Shown here in pieces: positions 26,701 to 44,227 of a DNA stretch of 64,000 nucleotides. The stretch comes from Tubulanus polymorphus (lineage: Eukaryota; Animalia; Nemertea), in the NCBI RefSeq assembly GCF_964204645.1, contig NC_134025.1, forward strand, positions 5,084,001 through 5,148,000. Reading direction: 5' to 3'. The position numbers were made by a program, and so were the translations under genes. A model generated the notes under the pieces. That model was not told the origin of the DNA. It did no database searches and saw only the letters and a program-made list of their open reading frames with translations. Positions within the stretch are counted from its first letter, which is position 1. Each line of letters opens with the position of its first letter.

Positions 26701-29700
26701 TCCAACTTGCCACTGCCATGCCTAATGAGAGAAAACTACATATCAGAACAATGTTTTCCCGAAGGTGACTTTTAGAATATAGTTGAAATGCTAAATAAAC
26801 TACTAGCTCTGGAGACTTTTATATTTTTCATTATAATTGTGGGATATTCTACATACTATCTTCACAACAAGGATGTAATGTTTCATCAATGGTTATACAT
26901 ATCAGAACATCGGCATGGTCGTTCAAATGACCAGTAAATGGAGGAATTTCTTACCTCTCTGATGCCGATTTCACTTTGACAATCAGTAAAGTCCATCACT
27001 AGTAAAATTGCAGTGACATACATCACCCATTCAATGAAATTCTCCATTGTGAGGTAATGCAGTTTTGACTGATATATTTGGAACAGCTGAAAAATAATTG
27101 AAGACGCTCATGTACAAACTGCTATGTTATTCTTCAAAATCATAACCCTAAATTTTACATACAAAGAATTAGCAATCAAAGTTCGTATACGTTTTTGAGA
27201 AGAGCAAAATCTGAATAAATGTCAATCGTATTGAAATATTTACCTCTCGCAGTAGATTGAAAGCCGTCAATGAAATTATGACCCATTTCGATATTTTTAA
27301 GATCAACTTCCCAGTTTCATCCAACAATTCAGTGTAACCATTTGCCCTAACATCCTCACAACCAGTACAATTCCTATAGTAAGAGATAAAAGATACTTAA
27401 CTTGTAGCCATCGGATTGAAAGGATTTAGAACAATGCGAAATTATTCAAAGATTTTACGTACATTGTAGATTTGCAGTAGGCAAATGGAGGAAATGCGAC
27501 CATTGTATACGTGGTAAGAAACGTCAAAAATATGACATAAAAACTGAGATTCCCGTAGTAAACATAACGACCAAAGCTATTCCACTTGTGACGCAATAGT
27601 GAAGTAACCAACGGATGCATCAGTAAATCTTCACGATTGGACTGCACCTGAATAAAAATGCACCTGATATTAAGTAACATGTATATTTCTAACGAGTACC
27701 GGGCATCTTTTCCTGATCATTTACCATTATCATCAATGGATGATTTTTCTTAATAAGAGTTGAGTCCGCTGAATATGGTTTAACGTCTTCTTTCAGACGA
27801 AATTCTTCATCATAGATATCGCCTGAATAAAAAAATCAATATCACTTACTTACTAATTAACATTTACAAATACAAATTTACAAATCACAAAACCAGGATC
27901 CTTTATGCAAACCTGGGTCAGTTCCTGATTCGCTTTGTGGAATTTCCTTCCAGTATGAATACATGTCATCCAGAAATTCATAGTTGAATGTGATTTTGTA
28001 CTTCGGATGTTCAGCATTCATTGAATTAGATGACGTACACTTCATGAAAACTTTCTCAGCCACATCTGAAATCAGGTCGATCAAGTGTTACACCGATCCA
28101 CTTGAGAACTGGGTTTTTCTCAAACAAGACTATGAAAAACAAGTGTATGAATTATAAATACCTGGCATCTTCTTGATGAGTTTCCTCATGGGAGTATTCC
28201 TCCTACCAGAGGAGGGATCTGAAGTTTCATTTCGTAATGCTTCCTCCCAGCGGTCACTTTCACAAATAACAGTAGCTACATCCCTGAAATAAAAAATGTC
28301 ACCAGTAAAGAATATGACTTTGATGTCGATTTTCATGTGTGAGTGCTCCCCACGGGAATGTGGTAAAACCTATTACCTGAAGTTATTGTCAATAGCTAAG
28401 TCGAGACAATTGTTACCATCACTATCACGCTGCTCCACTGAAGCGTTCCATGCGAGCAACAATTTAACCATATCAGCATGACCTCTAGATGATGCCAAAT
28501 GAAGGGGTGTGGTCTATAATAACAAAACACAGAATCATTTTCATTATGATTTAACACTGAGTATTTAGTGATTTTAGCCAAGTAATGCGTTGTACATGCG
28601 GTTACACCCAAAATATACTTTAGCTACAACTTAAGTGAAACAGAAATCACGGAATCTTGAAGTAATCAAACCATGCATGAATCAAAAACGTATAATAAAC
28701 AGTTCTTGTCAGAGAAAAGGATTGAACTATGGTATCTAATAGAAAATTATCAACACAGTTTATATTCTAAGGGAAACTTTGAAGATGAACACACGTTTTT
28801 CTCACTTTCATAGAGTAATTCATGTTAGATTACATTACTATATCAATATACAGCTGGTCATAGTCAAAATTAGAGACACACTACAAGTGTGTTTTTACTC
28901 AAATACATGTACTTCTGAAATATATGCTACTCAAATGTGGTAATTAATGCTAATTAACTTTCAAATTGCATACATAGAGAATGGGTTAAAATTATACAGC
29001 TCAAAGAACACGATCAAATAAATAATTCTACAGAGATAAATCAACATTTCCATTCGAGATCATTCTTCGATCAGATAGGGCACCAATCAGTGGTTCAATT
29101 TGAAATTGGAAGCAAATGATTTCTAAAGCACGATGGAAATGTTATAACATAAGAAACTCACCATACACGAGGGACAACAATAGATTTTACAAATAGATCT
29201 TTTATACATTCTACCGATACCTTAGACTTATCCATAGGGTCGACAGGACTGTCATTATCAAGTAAACGACGAGCTGTCTTAACCCAACCTTTTGCGGCTG
29301 CGCAATCGAGTGGTGTCCACAGATTACAATTCCTGTCAGCAAGATTATAGCAAAGTTAAATAGCGCTAACTACGTAATAAGATATCAAAGCACAGATACT
29401 GTCACCAAAAGAGAAGATTGTGAATAAGAATCCTCCCAACTCGGCACTCATGATGTTGGGTGTCTAATTTTCAGCTCCCTTTGAAAGTGTTTACCGGTAG
29501 TTTTAACTACATGTTAGCCTTTTCGACACCAAACACCTCTAACACCATTTACAGTATGAATATAATAACGGTATCACAGTCACCACAACTACCTGGTACG
29601 TATATATTGACAGGCAAATAGTTTAGATTTGATGCTTCTCGGATATATGATTATAGATAGAATCCTTTGAAAGTGATACTATACAGAAATCCATACATAA

Positions 29701-32700
29701 TTTAGGCAAATGATTGCCATCTTGGTGAAAAGAATATAATATATGCCCAAATACGAAACAAAAGTTAAGACTACCTTCGATTTATCAAGAGGGTCAACGG
29801 GACAGTCGTGGTTCAATAATGCTTTAGCAACGTTCATTGAACCATTGGCAGCTGCACAATCCAATGGAGTCCATAAAGAACAATTCCTAAGCAAAAGTTG
29901 TATCACTGAATATCATTGTTATTCTACCAGATTTTAACAAAATCGATTCCTATATAAATGATGTGTACCTGACCTATAGAAACATTTAAGGGCCTGATTT
30001 TACGAATTCACTCAGTGGAATATATATTCATATTAAACATCTTATAAGATGAACTTTTATATGACTAAAGTTGCAGTGACTTTTCTTCATGGGGGTGACA
30101 AAGAATACCACGAAATATCCCATATCTGTGCTAAGTGTGTAATAATCTTTTGTGCAAATAAATGTTCAAATCAATCAAAGTGTATATGTTCTAAATATGT
30201 TAGTGGCATTTAATTGTTACTTTGCTTCGATTAGTTCAATCAACAAGCCGCGCTACCAACAGCAGTCAACATTAAATCATAAACCAATCGATCAGATTGA
30301 TAGTTCAATAAATCAATCAGTTATTGGTGGATATTGTGTTAATTGGTTAAATGTAAATGTATAATGGTGTAGTACGCGTTGTATACCTTGGATTTGTCTA
30401 GAGGATCAACAGGACAGTCGTTGTCCAGTAAAACCTGCGCGCATTTCAGTGACCCATTAGCCGCTGAACAATCAAGCGGGGTCCACAAACTGCAGTTCCT
30501 GGTAGCAACGAAAGTGATTTTTGTGTATAATTACATTGTTCAATAAACATACCCATGCTATCAAGATGTATTTTCGTACATGATACTAAGTTCAATTCGT
30601 CATTTATTCTCCTCAAGTGGTCGAGGTAGCAAAGTGATCGAATCATTAGCCGCGGTGATTCAATACATATTCCATATGAGCTGGAAATAATTCAGGCCAT
30701 GCTGATCACGGCGATACTCTACATACCTGGCTTCAATATCAGCTCCCATTTCTATCAGTTCAGCCGCGACTTTAGCATGACCCGCTAGAGCAGCAAGATG
30801 AAGAGCGGTATTCGAATCTTCATCTTCATCATTGACAATCATTTTATTTCTTCTCACCAACTCCCTTACAACTCTAAAACATCAAGCAACTCATTAAATA
30901 TTTCAACTCCTAAAGACTACAAAAATACGATGATATTGATATTTTTTTGGATAAATTCAATAGTAACTCATTATGTAAACTTACTTTGTTCGGCCATATT
31001 TAGCACCGAGATGAAGTGGAGTTTGCTCTTCCTCATTTTTAGCATCCAGCTGAGCTCCATGATCGAGCAGGCTCTAAATACGTGGATATGTTTAAATCAG
31101 TTGTATTTACAAGTGTTTTGGACATAATAGTGCGCTTTGAATTGAGTGGAAAATGCCAAAATCTACCTTAACTATGGCTAGATAACCTTTCATGGCTGCG
31201 ATATGTAGAGGAGAATTATCATATCGATCGCTAGAGTCAATCAAACCATACTGAGTTGCTTTTGGATGATTTGCTAGAACCTAAAATATAACAAAAGAGT
31301 CTAAATTACTCTTTTCTGTGGCATAGAAATCTTATACAAGTATGTACACATAAAACCAGCATAGTCTAGAATTCTAACTGAAATTACCTCTAGAGCCTCA
31401 ATGTTGTCTTCCTCAGCGGCCCAGTAAAGAGCAGTTTTATCGTTTTTGTCCATAGCTCTAATATCTGCACCACGTTTCAGTAGGGCTTGTTCCGTTTCAG
31501 CATGACCATAACAAGCAGCGATTAGAAGTGGAGTGAAATTGTCTCGATCTCTTCGTTCAATCTTAGCACCCCTACGAAAAAACCAAAACTTTTCTACTAA
31601 TGTTTCTGAGTTATTTTACTAACTGGCGTACACGATGTGTACTTGGTTCAACATAAACTTACTTGTCCAATAAGTACTCAACAACCTTTGCGTGGTTATA
31701 CTTGGCTGCCTGATGTATTGGTGCGGCCTGTTGTTGATTGAGGGCATCAATTCTAGGATTATGATCGCAAAGAAGTTTCACAATTTCCAAATCTCCTGAC
31801 TGCGCTGCTAAGTGTAAAGCAGTGCTGTAGTTTTTCCTATGTCCATTTACATCAGCGCCTAGAAATTATGATACAGTCACAATTTAAGATTAAATCGACA
31901 TAGAGATATTAAAGATTTTCAATTACCGGGTAAGTTTTACCTTTCTCAATCAAAAGTCTAGCAACTTCATAGTTTCCATTTTCAACAGCTAAATGTAAAG
32001 GTGAACTTTGATCGATATCTTGGTCTGTCACCATCTAATGATAAAAGAGATGAGTTAAAATATTCAAATATCAATAGGTATGATGGCAAAATATATCAAC
32101 AATTTATTGGATTGTCTTAAAATCCTTCTTGAATATATTTCTGAGAATATCAATAACGATCTTTAAGTCTCTTACTTGTGATATTGTCACCCAACCATCA
32201 AGCTTTTCACCAGCATCAAACAACAATTTACACATTTCGACATTTCCTTCCATAGCGGCGAGATGAAGAGGGGTTGATAGCTCTTCATCAACGCAGCGTA
32301 ATTTAGTACCTGCTTCTATAAGCATACGACAAATTTCTAGATGATTGTGGGTAGCCACGAGATGCAATGCTGTCATATTCGTCTTGTCTACAGCCTATAA
32401 ATATGATTCAACAATTTCAAAAGTGCATTTCATCAAATAAGGACATGATTTCAACTGTAAAATTTTCATTTCAAATTGTGTCACGGTAGGGTAAGTTTTT
32501 GGCTCTATATTCATTCATAATTGATTCACCCATTCCGAGTCTACTGGGATTATGGATACGTTTAGAAAATTGAATAATTGTTCATTTTTTGACTCGTGAT
32601 ATCTAAAACAGACAATGCTTTACCTCTATCTGAATTTCAGGACAAAGCAGCAAATCGCGGGCAGCCACTTCATTTCCCCTCATGGCGCTGTAATGAAGGG

Positions 32701-35700
32701 GTGTCAAACCATAGATATCCCGACAATTCGGATCAGATCCATGTGATATGAGGTATTCAATGACGCTAGGCTGCTCGTCGACATCCTTTTCAGCAGTTCC
32801 CTCTTCATTTTCATTCGGAGTGACATCTCCGTTAGGCTAGATAAATTGGAAAGAATTCATAAAACCGAAACTGCAAGAATGGGTTAAATTGAAGTGACTA
32901 CATGCATTCGGGTGATGTTTACAACATTAATCAATAGTACCGGCCATTACTGAGGAAAATTGGGGAAAATTTGATCTAGAAATTGATTGACACCTTGAAG
33001 ATTATCTAATCAACTGGTTATTAGAAATTGACAACGGTATAACTCTATATTCACTCTCATAAAGGTACTATTTATGCAGTATACAGTGACGTGTTTTTGT
33101 GACCATTCAATATCAGTGACAATGATATATTACGATCAATATTTGGAAAACAGCATCGCGATGCAAAAACCGTATCACGAAATAACTTCATCAATGTTCA
33201 GCTAAAACAGCACTAGTGTTTGCTCACTGAGCAGCTGAATATAGGGTAGATTGTATCCCATAAGTGATAAGATCAGTTCTATGTATTGCCAACTTTCAAG
33301 CAGGGTTCTTTTTACAGGGGTTAGTCTGACTGGTTTCTATTTTTTACCAATTTAATCTCCGGCACTCTGAGGAAAGAATGTTATATCAACAAGTGGCTGA
33401 TTCATTGAGATTTCTCATCCATGTGATATGAAATAATATCCTGGGTGGATATAGATGATAATTATTGATATAACTAGATTGCAATGACTGGGTGTGGTTG
33501 AATTGTGCATGTTGACTGTTTTAAGTTGATCTATACAAATATGAAGTACCTAGTACTCAAACATTTCACAGCTGAAGGTATTATATCTCAGTATACAAGC
33601 TCCCACGTGAATCTGATACAATTGTGAATACACATAGAATGGTACATCAGCAGCAAAGCCAGAGAGGGCTATCGGTTTGAACTAGCAAATCAAGCTTGGT
33701 ACATGTATTTCAAAGAACAGCAAAAGAAAAGTGACAAAGAACAGAAATATTGATTCCTATAAATAAGTTTAGGATACAGCCGGAGGATTCCCACTAGACG
33801 CATGAGTTAGATTTCTTGCGAAACCTTTTATGTGCAGATTATATGAACAGACATAATACATTATGAATATAGCCATGTATATTCTGTTTCCACGGCAAGT
33901 TTAAAGTGGAAACTCACAAGTTTAATATAGGCCCTAGAATTCTTCTAACATCTCTAGTGAGAATCTGCATTAAAATTTGAAGTTTAACAATTCAAATTGT
34001 GAAGCAACATTTAGAGCAATTCACACACATTTCAAACTCAAAGAATTCCACTGAAATTTCTGATGCCTCTCAGTAAAAGTGTTTCTATAGTTACTGTAAA
34101 TATCCAATTTCAAGTCATTGATTAGAATCACCTATGCACATATGACAGGAATGAAACTATAATTCTATTTCAGCTCGAAGCGATGAAGACATCGAAATTA
34201 CGAAACACGAATGACCATGTTTAAAACTGAATTTTTTTGAAACAGAAACCTTGACAGATGCTAAGTGGAAAAGCAAAATCAATGTGTGCTATACATGAGG
34301 GTCAAAATATTATCCATACTTGTGCAATTCCACTGTCCGTACTATCAGCAATCTGAAAACATAATTCATTTGTTCCATGCAAAATACGGTTCATAAAAAA
34401 TTCTCAAACATTACAGCCAATGAAATATACACTATCATGTCCTCATTATCAATTTATTATCCCGAATATACCAGAAGGGGTGAAATTATTGGCTGAACTA
34501 CAAACTCATCTTAGAAATTGTGTGTCTCATTGATTTCTTCTGGATCTGTCCGAAGGATTATATTGCTGGATTAAAGATTACACGATAGGGGCAAACGCAC
34601 CTTCACCAAATTACTGCAGATGATTTTTCAAATTTTATATTAGAAATAAGACAAACATCCAAGAATGTAAGTATATAAGCTATATACGCGAGGGCAATCA
34701 TAATCATTGATGTCATTTCATTTCTATCTGACCAGTTTACATTCTTTGACGCACAGATATATAGATGAGTGCTATGACTCATTACAGTACGTTCACAAAT
34801 AAATAAGAGGTTTTGAACTGACGAGTACTATGACTTATTAGAGTACGTTTACGGTGTATTAGAAACTAATTCGAGAAGTTTCGTAGGTGTATTGATTAAT
34901 ATCTGGTAAACGTTTGAAATATTATGAAATTAACTCAAAACCATTTCACTTACGTTCATACAATAGCATGTAATTGATTGTGAGAGATGAAATTATATCA
35001 ATAAACACAATTTCAGTATTATAATAAACAAATCAGCAAAGAACTTAAAGGAATTAATAGTTAATGTAATCAAGTAAAAAAAACAATACCAGTAGATTGG
35101 TTTGGTTTCAAGAAAAGGTTTAAGCATTACAAAGCAAGGCAATCTTTCCTCACTGGAAATAAATCTGAAAACTCCCACTGCAATTGATTTATTGTTAAGA
35201 TGTTGTGTAATTTTCAGGGGCAAGGAGAGCAACCAAAATTCTTATGAAACCGAACCCAACATGGCAGTAAGAAAACAAGACATACACACACATACATATA
35301 TCATACATACTGGAGCATATAAGGTACTACTTGTAGACCTGTGGTGTAACTTCTGCAATAGATTTGACAATAACACAAATACGTAAAATATGTATGTGAT
35401 GACCATACATTTCCATAAGGTGAAAAACTAGACCCTTGGCAATACAGTTATTCACTATGCAATTAGTATACAAACGTCAGGTTTTAGTGTTTTAGTTTCT
35501 ATGCAGAAAATGGTTGAATTGCTCACGAAAATAGTAAGTAATACTCTTATCCAAACAAATTTACGAATTACGAATCATCATTTTTGCGACTATTTCAGAG
35601 TTTGAATTTCAACAAAGAGCAACTAAAACATGATCTTTTTTATCAGCTTCAGTGAAAATCCATATGACAAATTGACAAAATCAGCAGCAATTACAGTACA

Positions 35701-36738
35701 CGAACATAGAATACAAGAATGTGAGGTCGTAACTAATCTTACCTTCGAGTCGGGGATGTTTTCATCGACGGACCTAGATCGGTTGATTTTTTGTTTTTTA
35801 TATCGAGCTCCGTAATGAAGAGGAGTCGCGTCATCTTCACCGCGATCGTTTACATCTAAATGAATTAAAAACGTAGTTCACGATTACAGAATATTTGTAA
35901 GAAAATACCGAATATTCTGCCAGGTTTTTAAGGATGATTCACTTACTCGCTCCTCTTTCAACCAGAAGTTTAACAATGAGATAATGATCGTAACGAGCCG
36001 CGTAATGAAGGGCGCTTAGTTTATTTTCATCATGCCAATTAATCCTTTTCTTGAGCTGACCCTTCGACATTTGATCGAGAAGTCGGCGTAATGAGTCAAC
36101 ATTGCCATCTCTAGCGCACTGAAATGAATTTTTTTATATCGGTTTAGAATAGGCCTAATTTGAAATCGGAAATTCAGCTCCAAGCAAGCTCATGAAAGTG
36201 TAATAAGGTTAATTGAGTAAATAAGTGGGTAAGTATACTAATATATGAGTTATTCACTCAATTAACCTGTTCTTCTCCGTTTATACCCCTGTTTTCAGTC
36301 AATATCTCACACCTGATGATGATCTCTAGGGTGAGATCGAAACGTCTTGTATTTTATATATTTTAGATTTTCTGAATTCGATTTTAAAATCATCTTAATT
36401 TGTGGGTTTTTATCTTATTATCCATTCACCACGTTAGAGAGTGGTTATTGTTCTAAGTATAATTGATATTTTACCTGATGTAGGGTTAATCCAGCAATGG
36501 ATTCAGTGCTTTCAACTCTCTTTAATCCAGGAGATGATACTAAAGTAGTTAATTCTGTTGCACCGGGTAGGGCACCCGCGATATGACGCTGTTCATTATC
36601 ATCGTCCGCGGGGTCAACAAACCCAACCGATCCAGCTACACGTGACATGTCGTATTGTCGAGTTTTACCTCCAAGGAATTTTGAAAATCGGAAGTTCAGC
36701 TCCACCGTATTTCTGGAATCTAAGATATCATCAGCCAT
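23749..36738 (-). CDS. TRPA1: TRPA1-family ankyrin-repeat cation channel, multi-exon, with mutually exclusive exon clusters
   Basis: Many ankyrin exons (SALHYAA, TPLHY, TALHLAA), linker LLMHPLVTSLLRHKW, S4-S5 LFIRKVPRFGIYVVMF, pore MMIGExEY, S6/TRP-like MNLLVGLAVDDIKAVQEQAVLKRLAMQ, C-terminal coiled coil; first coding exon 36475-36738, last 23749-23955; exact TRPA subclade unresolved. Confidence 0.92.
25439..25639 (-). CDS. TRPA alternative pore+S6 exon P2 (201 nt)
   Basis: TTTCAG|VSFRRFDFSLIKTTVMMIGEFEYDDLF...IMMSIITMNLL|GTAATT, phase 0-0. Confidence 0.9.
25706..25894 (-). CDS. TRPA alternative pore+S6 exon P1 (189 nt)
   Basis: TTGCAG|VTFNSFGKTLVKTMVMMIGEMEYEGVF...IVMSIIIMNLL|GTAAGT, phase 0-0. 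Confidence 0.9.
29221..29332 (-). CDS. TRPA alternative ankyrin exon C (112 nt)
   Basis: CAG|G-NCNLWTPLDCAAAKGWVKTARRLLDNDSPVDPMDKSK|GTATCG. Confidence 0.9.
29775..29886 (-). CDS. TRPA alternative ankyrin exon B (112 nt)
   Basis: TAG|G-NCSLWTPLDCAAANGSMNVAKALLNHDCPVDPLDKSK|GTAGTC. Confidence 0.9.
30387..30498 (-). CDS. TRPA alternative ankyrin exon A (112 nt)
   Basis: CAG|G-NCSLWTPLDCSAANGSLKCAQVLLDNDCPVDPLDKSK|GTATAC. Confidence 0.9.
34320..34352 (-). CDS. Candidate 33-nt TRPA microexon (IADSTDSGIAQ)
   Basis: GTTTTCAG acceptor, GTATGG donor, phase 0-0 like the flanking exons, no stop. Confidence 0.55.
36309..36350 (+). ncRNA. Minimal type I hammerhead-like motif, probably a Penelope-like element remnant
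   Basis: CTGATGA-T-GATCTC-TAGGGT-GAGATC-GAAA-CG-TC; stem II perfect, stem I partly mismatched. Confidence 0.5.
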
Positions 36739-39064
36739 TTAACATGTAAGATTCCAAGTTGGAGACAAAACTCCATGAGCTGAGCTCAAACTGCTGTATA
36801 AATTATTTAAAGTGACTAAATACTAAATGAATGCTATACATAATACCGTAGAGAGTATTCTCTATACACAAGCTGCCCGGTACTCGAAATTTAAGGCATA
36901 GCAATTCTATTCATTGAAGACTTAAGCATTCATGCACTAGTAAACTTGTCTTGGCCTTGCCCCAATTCTTAATCTCATTCATTGAGTTGTGAAACAATAT
37001 AAAATCTTCTCTGATACAGTAGTAAAACAAAATACCATTTTGAAATGTTTACCAGCAGATGATTTTTTTACCCAAAAAGATACCTACCATTTCAGCAACA
37101 TCTCTGAGCTAATAGTAAGCAGCAGAGAATCACTGACTCGGCCGACTTGGCAGTCAATGTATTTATGTTATTTTTGACAGGTCTACGATCGATACTGCTG
37201 TCGCCGCCTTTCGGTTACTGAATTAACTACACTAAACTGACTACACCCTTCCCTTCCTCTAGCGCCTCTCAAGAAACAAATTTCACATAATCCTCCATTA
37301 ATCTGTGAATAAAATGTTACCTGTGATAGTATTCCGAGGTATGTATTTATTTCACCATTGTCAAAGAAGTGTAATTCGTCGTCTATTTTGTTTTTTCGAT
37401 CCTAACAACCGTCATTGGTACAGAGTAAATCACGTACGGTGTAATCGGAATAAGAAGAGATCTCGTCAATTTGATATCAAGAGGAAAACGCGTAATCGGA
37501 TTAAGTACTTCCATCTCCAACGCCGGGTATTGACAATCAAAGATCCAAATTCAAATAAGTTACAACACTTCAATTCAGAATTGAATAGTTATTGTATGTA
37601 TTTTTTATTAATTACAAAAGCAACAACAGCCCATGACAAATCATATCCAACGAGCAATCTGAACAGCCTGATGGTTTAACTAATACATCCGATGTGCAAT
37701 TCTTTAAAATCCGTCATTACGTCTTAACATCAAAACTATATCCATAAAGCATGAAACAAATATCTAAATTGCTTTAACTTCAGAACACCATTAATGTAAA
37801 CCTTTAAAAAGCTATGGCTTTATATGTATACAACTTTGAAATGGACTATCTCTATAGACTGCAAGCCTGATATCATATAGCAGACGAACACAGAGCGACA
37901 CTAACTATGACATTATTATCCCTGAGATAATAATCGATTATTTTCTACAACAATTAAAACTACAACTATTATTCATCTCGAGATATGTTTTATATTTACT
38001 TCTAAGATACTCTCGTAGGCGGAATATGAAAGGACTGCAATGTATCAGAACAAAAACGTATACATTACTATCATCTTCACTAGCCTTTAAATACTTTGTC
38101 ATCAATATTTTATTCAGGTAAAGAACAAAATGGCATAACTTAACATCAAAAAGCATAATGATAATTACTATCAAAGAATACAACTTGGTTTGAACTTGTA
38201 CCGGTAAAAAAAATATTGAAGAAAATCATCTATGAAATCATCATAATGAATTATAAAATGTCTATGGAATTCCATAGATGAAATCCTTGCAGCATAGCCT
38301 CAATACTATCTGTATGACCTAGGAGCAATTATCTAATAGATAATTGCTCGTAGGTATAACATACACTCCACACACAGATCACAGCATTATGAGTTCAACT
38401 CATTGTTCCCAACTGCAGTACTCGTATACCTATATACTATATCACTATATTTACCTTATTACCTATTTACAATTTAAAACAATTGGTCTTATCTAAAATT
38501 AAGAATACTATCATTTTACAGATCACTAAACAACTAACTATATTCTTGGTTTTTCTTCATAACTAATTTGAATAGCGCCACATAAAAACGGAAGACAATA
38601 TTTATATATGGTACCTTACTTAGGATAAAATTAGACATACTAGGTAGTTATGGAGGGTAAAATATATATGTCATTGTTGTTGAATGTATTAGAACCACAA
38701 TATATCAAATTATCAAAATTTAAGTACAATCAAGTTTTCTATTGGTTACGGAAAAATACAGGAACAAAATTATGCAGAACACCTGAAAAATTTCAAAGAA
38801 AAATTATTGAATTAAATTTCAATACGTTAGGTAATGGTACATGCAACTAATGAATCATACAATGACCATTACTTTGCTGCAGAAAACTATCAGGTGATAA
38901 CCAGATCACCTATAAACACACAAATAGATTTAAAATGCCATTGAAAGCAAAAAAGAAACAAAAAGAATTGCACCTGGTTAGATAATAATTATGAGTAAAA
39001 TGCATAGTATTTAAATTATTCATTGAAGTTTGAGTATACAATTGTGTAGTGTATTGAGTTGCCT

Positions 39065-43200
<4,136 letters not shown>

Positions 43201-44227
43201 ATTGATTGAGATTATAATGATTTCTTATCCAAATCTGCAAAAGAAAATATTGATTTTTAATATGCAAACTCCAGGGAGCCTAATGAATATCTAAGCAATT
43301 AGGCTCAAAATTATCTTTTTATTTGAGCCAGTGCATTCAATTCTTAATTCGAAATGCCCAAATAGTTGCTATCAGTATTAGGCCTATGTAGCCTGCTGAT
43401 ACTAGATCCTGGCCCCTGCTCTCCAAATCAAATTCCATTTAAAAGTCTTAGCAAGACTAAAGTGTCCAAATCAGACTAACCAGGCGATCACCCAGTGGCA
43501 GCAGTAGCCCTGACTTGTACTGACACTGACACCGTACACATGTCATATATATACAAAACATACACAATAAATTAATTTAAATTTGACTTGACTAATGATT
43601 GGTTATGTAATGTACACGAAATAACCCGTTTGAAAAGGGACAGACTCTGAATTTAAAGTTAACAGGAGGTAAGATGTGATATAGATGGTATGCCTGAATA
43701 GTATGCATAACGTGTATTTCGGCTCAGAAACCTTTAGATTTGTATTTTTGAAACAGGTTAAACTGCAGCTATGCAGCATGTCCCGTGAGAGGACCTGGGG
43801 CCTGTGACGGGACAAGGATGTCCCGTCACAGGTCCCGATGGAAAATGAAAACTTTGCATTTCGTAGACGAAATGTCGAAAGAAACTGCACTCCATTGGTT
43901 ACTATATACACTCAAAATAATGTTAAGAACATGTTAATAATCGAAATTTGTTCGTAATTTTATTATTTCAGATCAATGATATCATCAAATCGAAACATTA
44001 AATGTAATAATGAAGATCGGATCAAGAGAAGACAGAACCACAGCTATCGAAATTTCAATTTTTAGTGTATAGACTGACTCATACTATCGAAAATAAAGTG
44101 AATGTATCTTGACAATTTTGGTGCCAATGGTGTTAGTAACCGTTTGTTAAGCGTTACACTGCAAACAAAAGTAAAAGTGGAGGGGGCAACTTAATGGCCC
44201 TAGATCACTCTCGAGAGAGAATTCAAA

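Noticed and set aside
29221-30498. Constitutive tandem ankyrin repeats or assembly duplication
   Set aside because: Phases (2 in, 0 out) forbid tandem joining, synonymous sites are diverged and the intervening introns are unrelated
34500-34545. Second TRPA microexon candidate
   Set aside because: Acceptor-like CAG present but no donor before an in-frame stop
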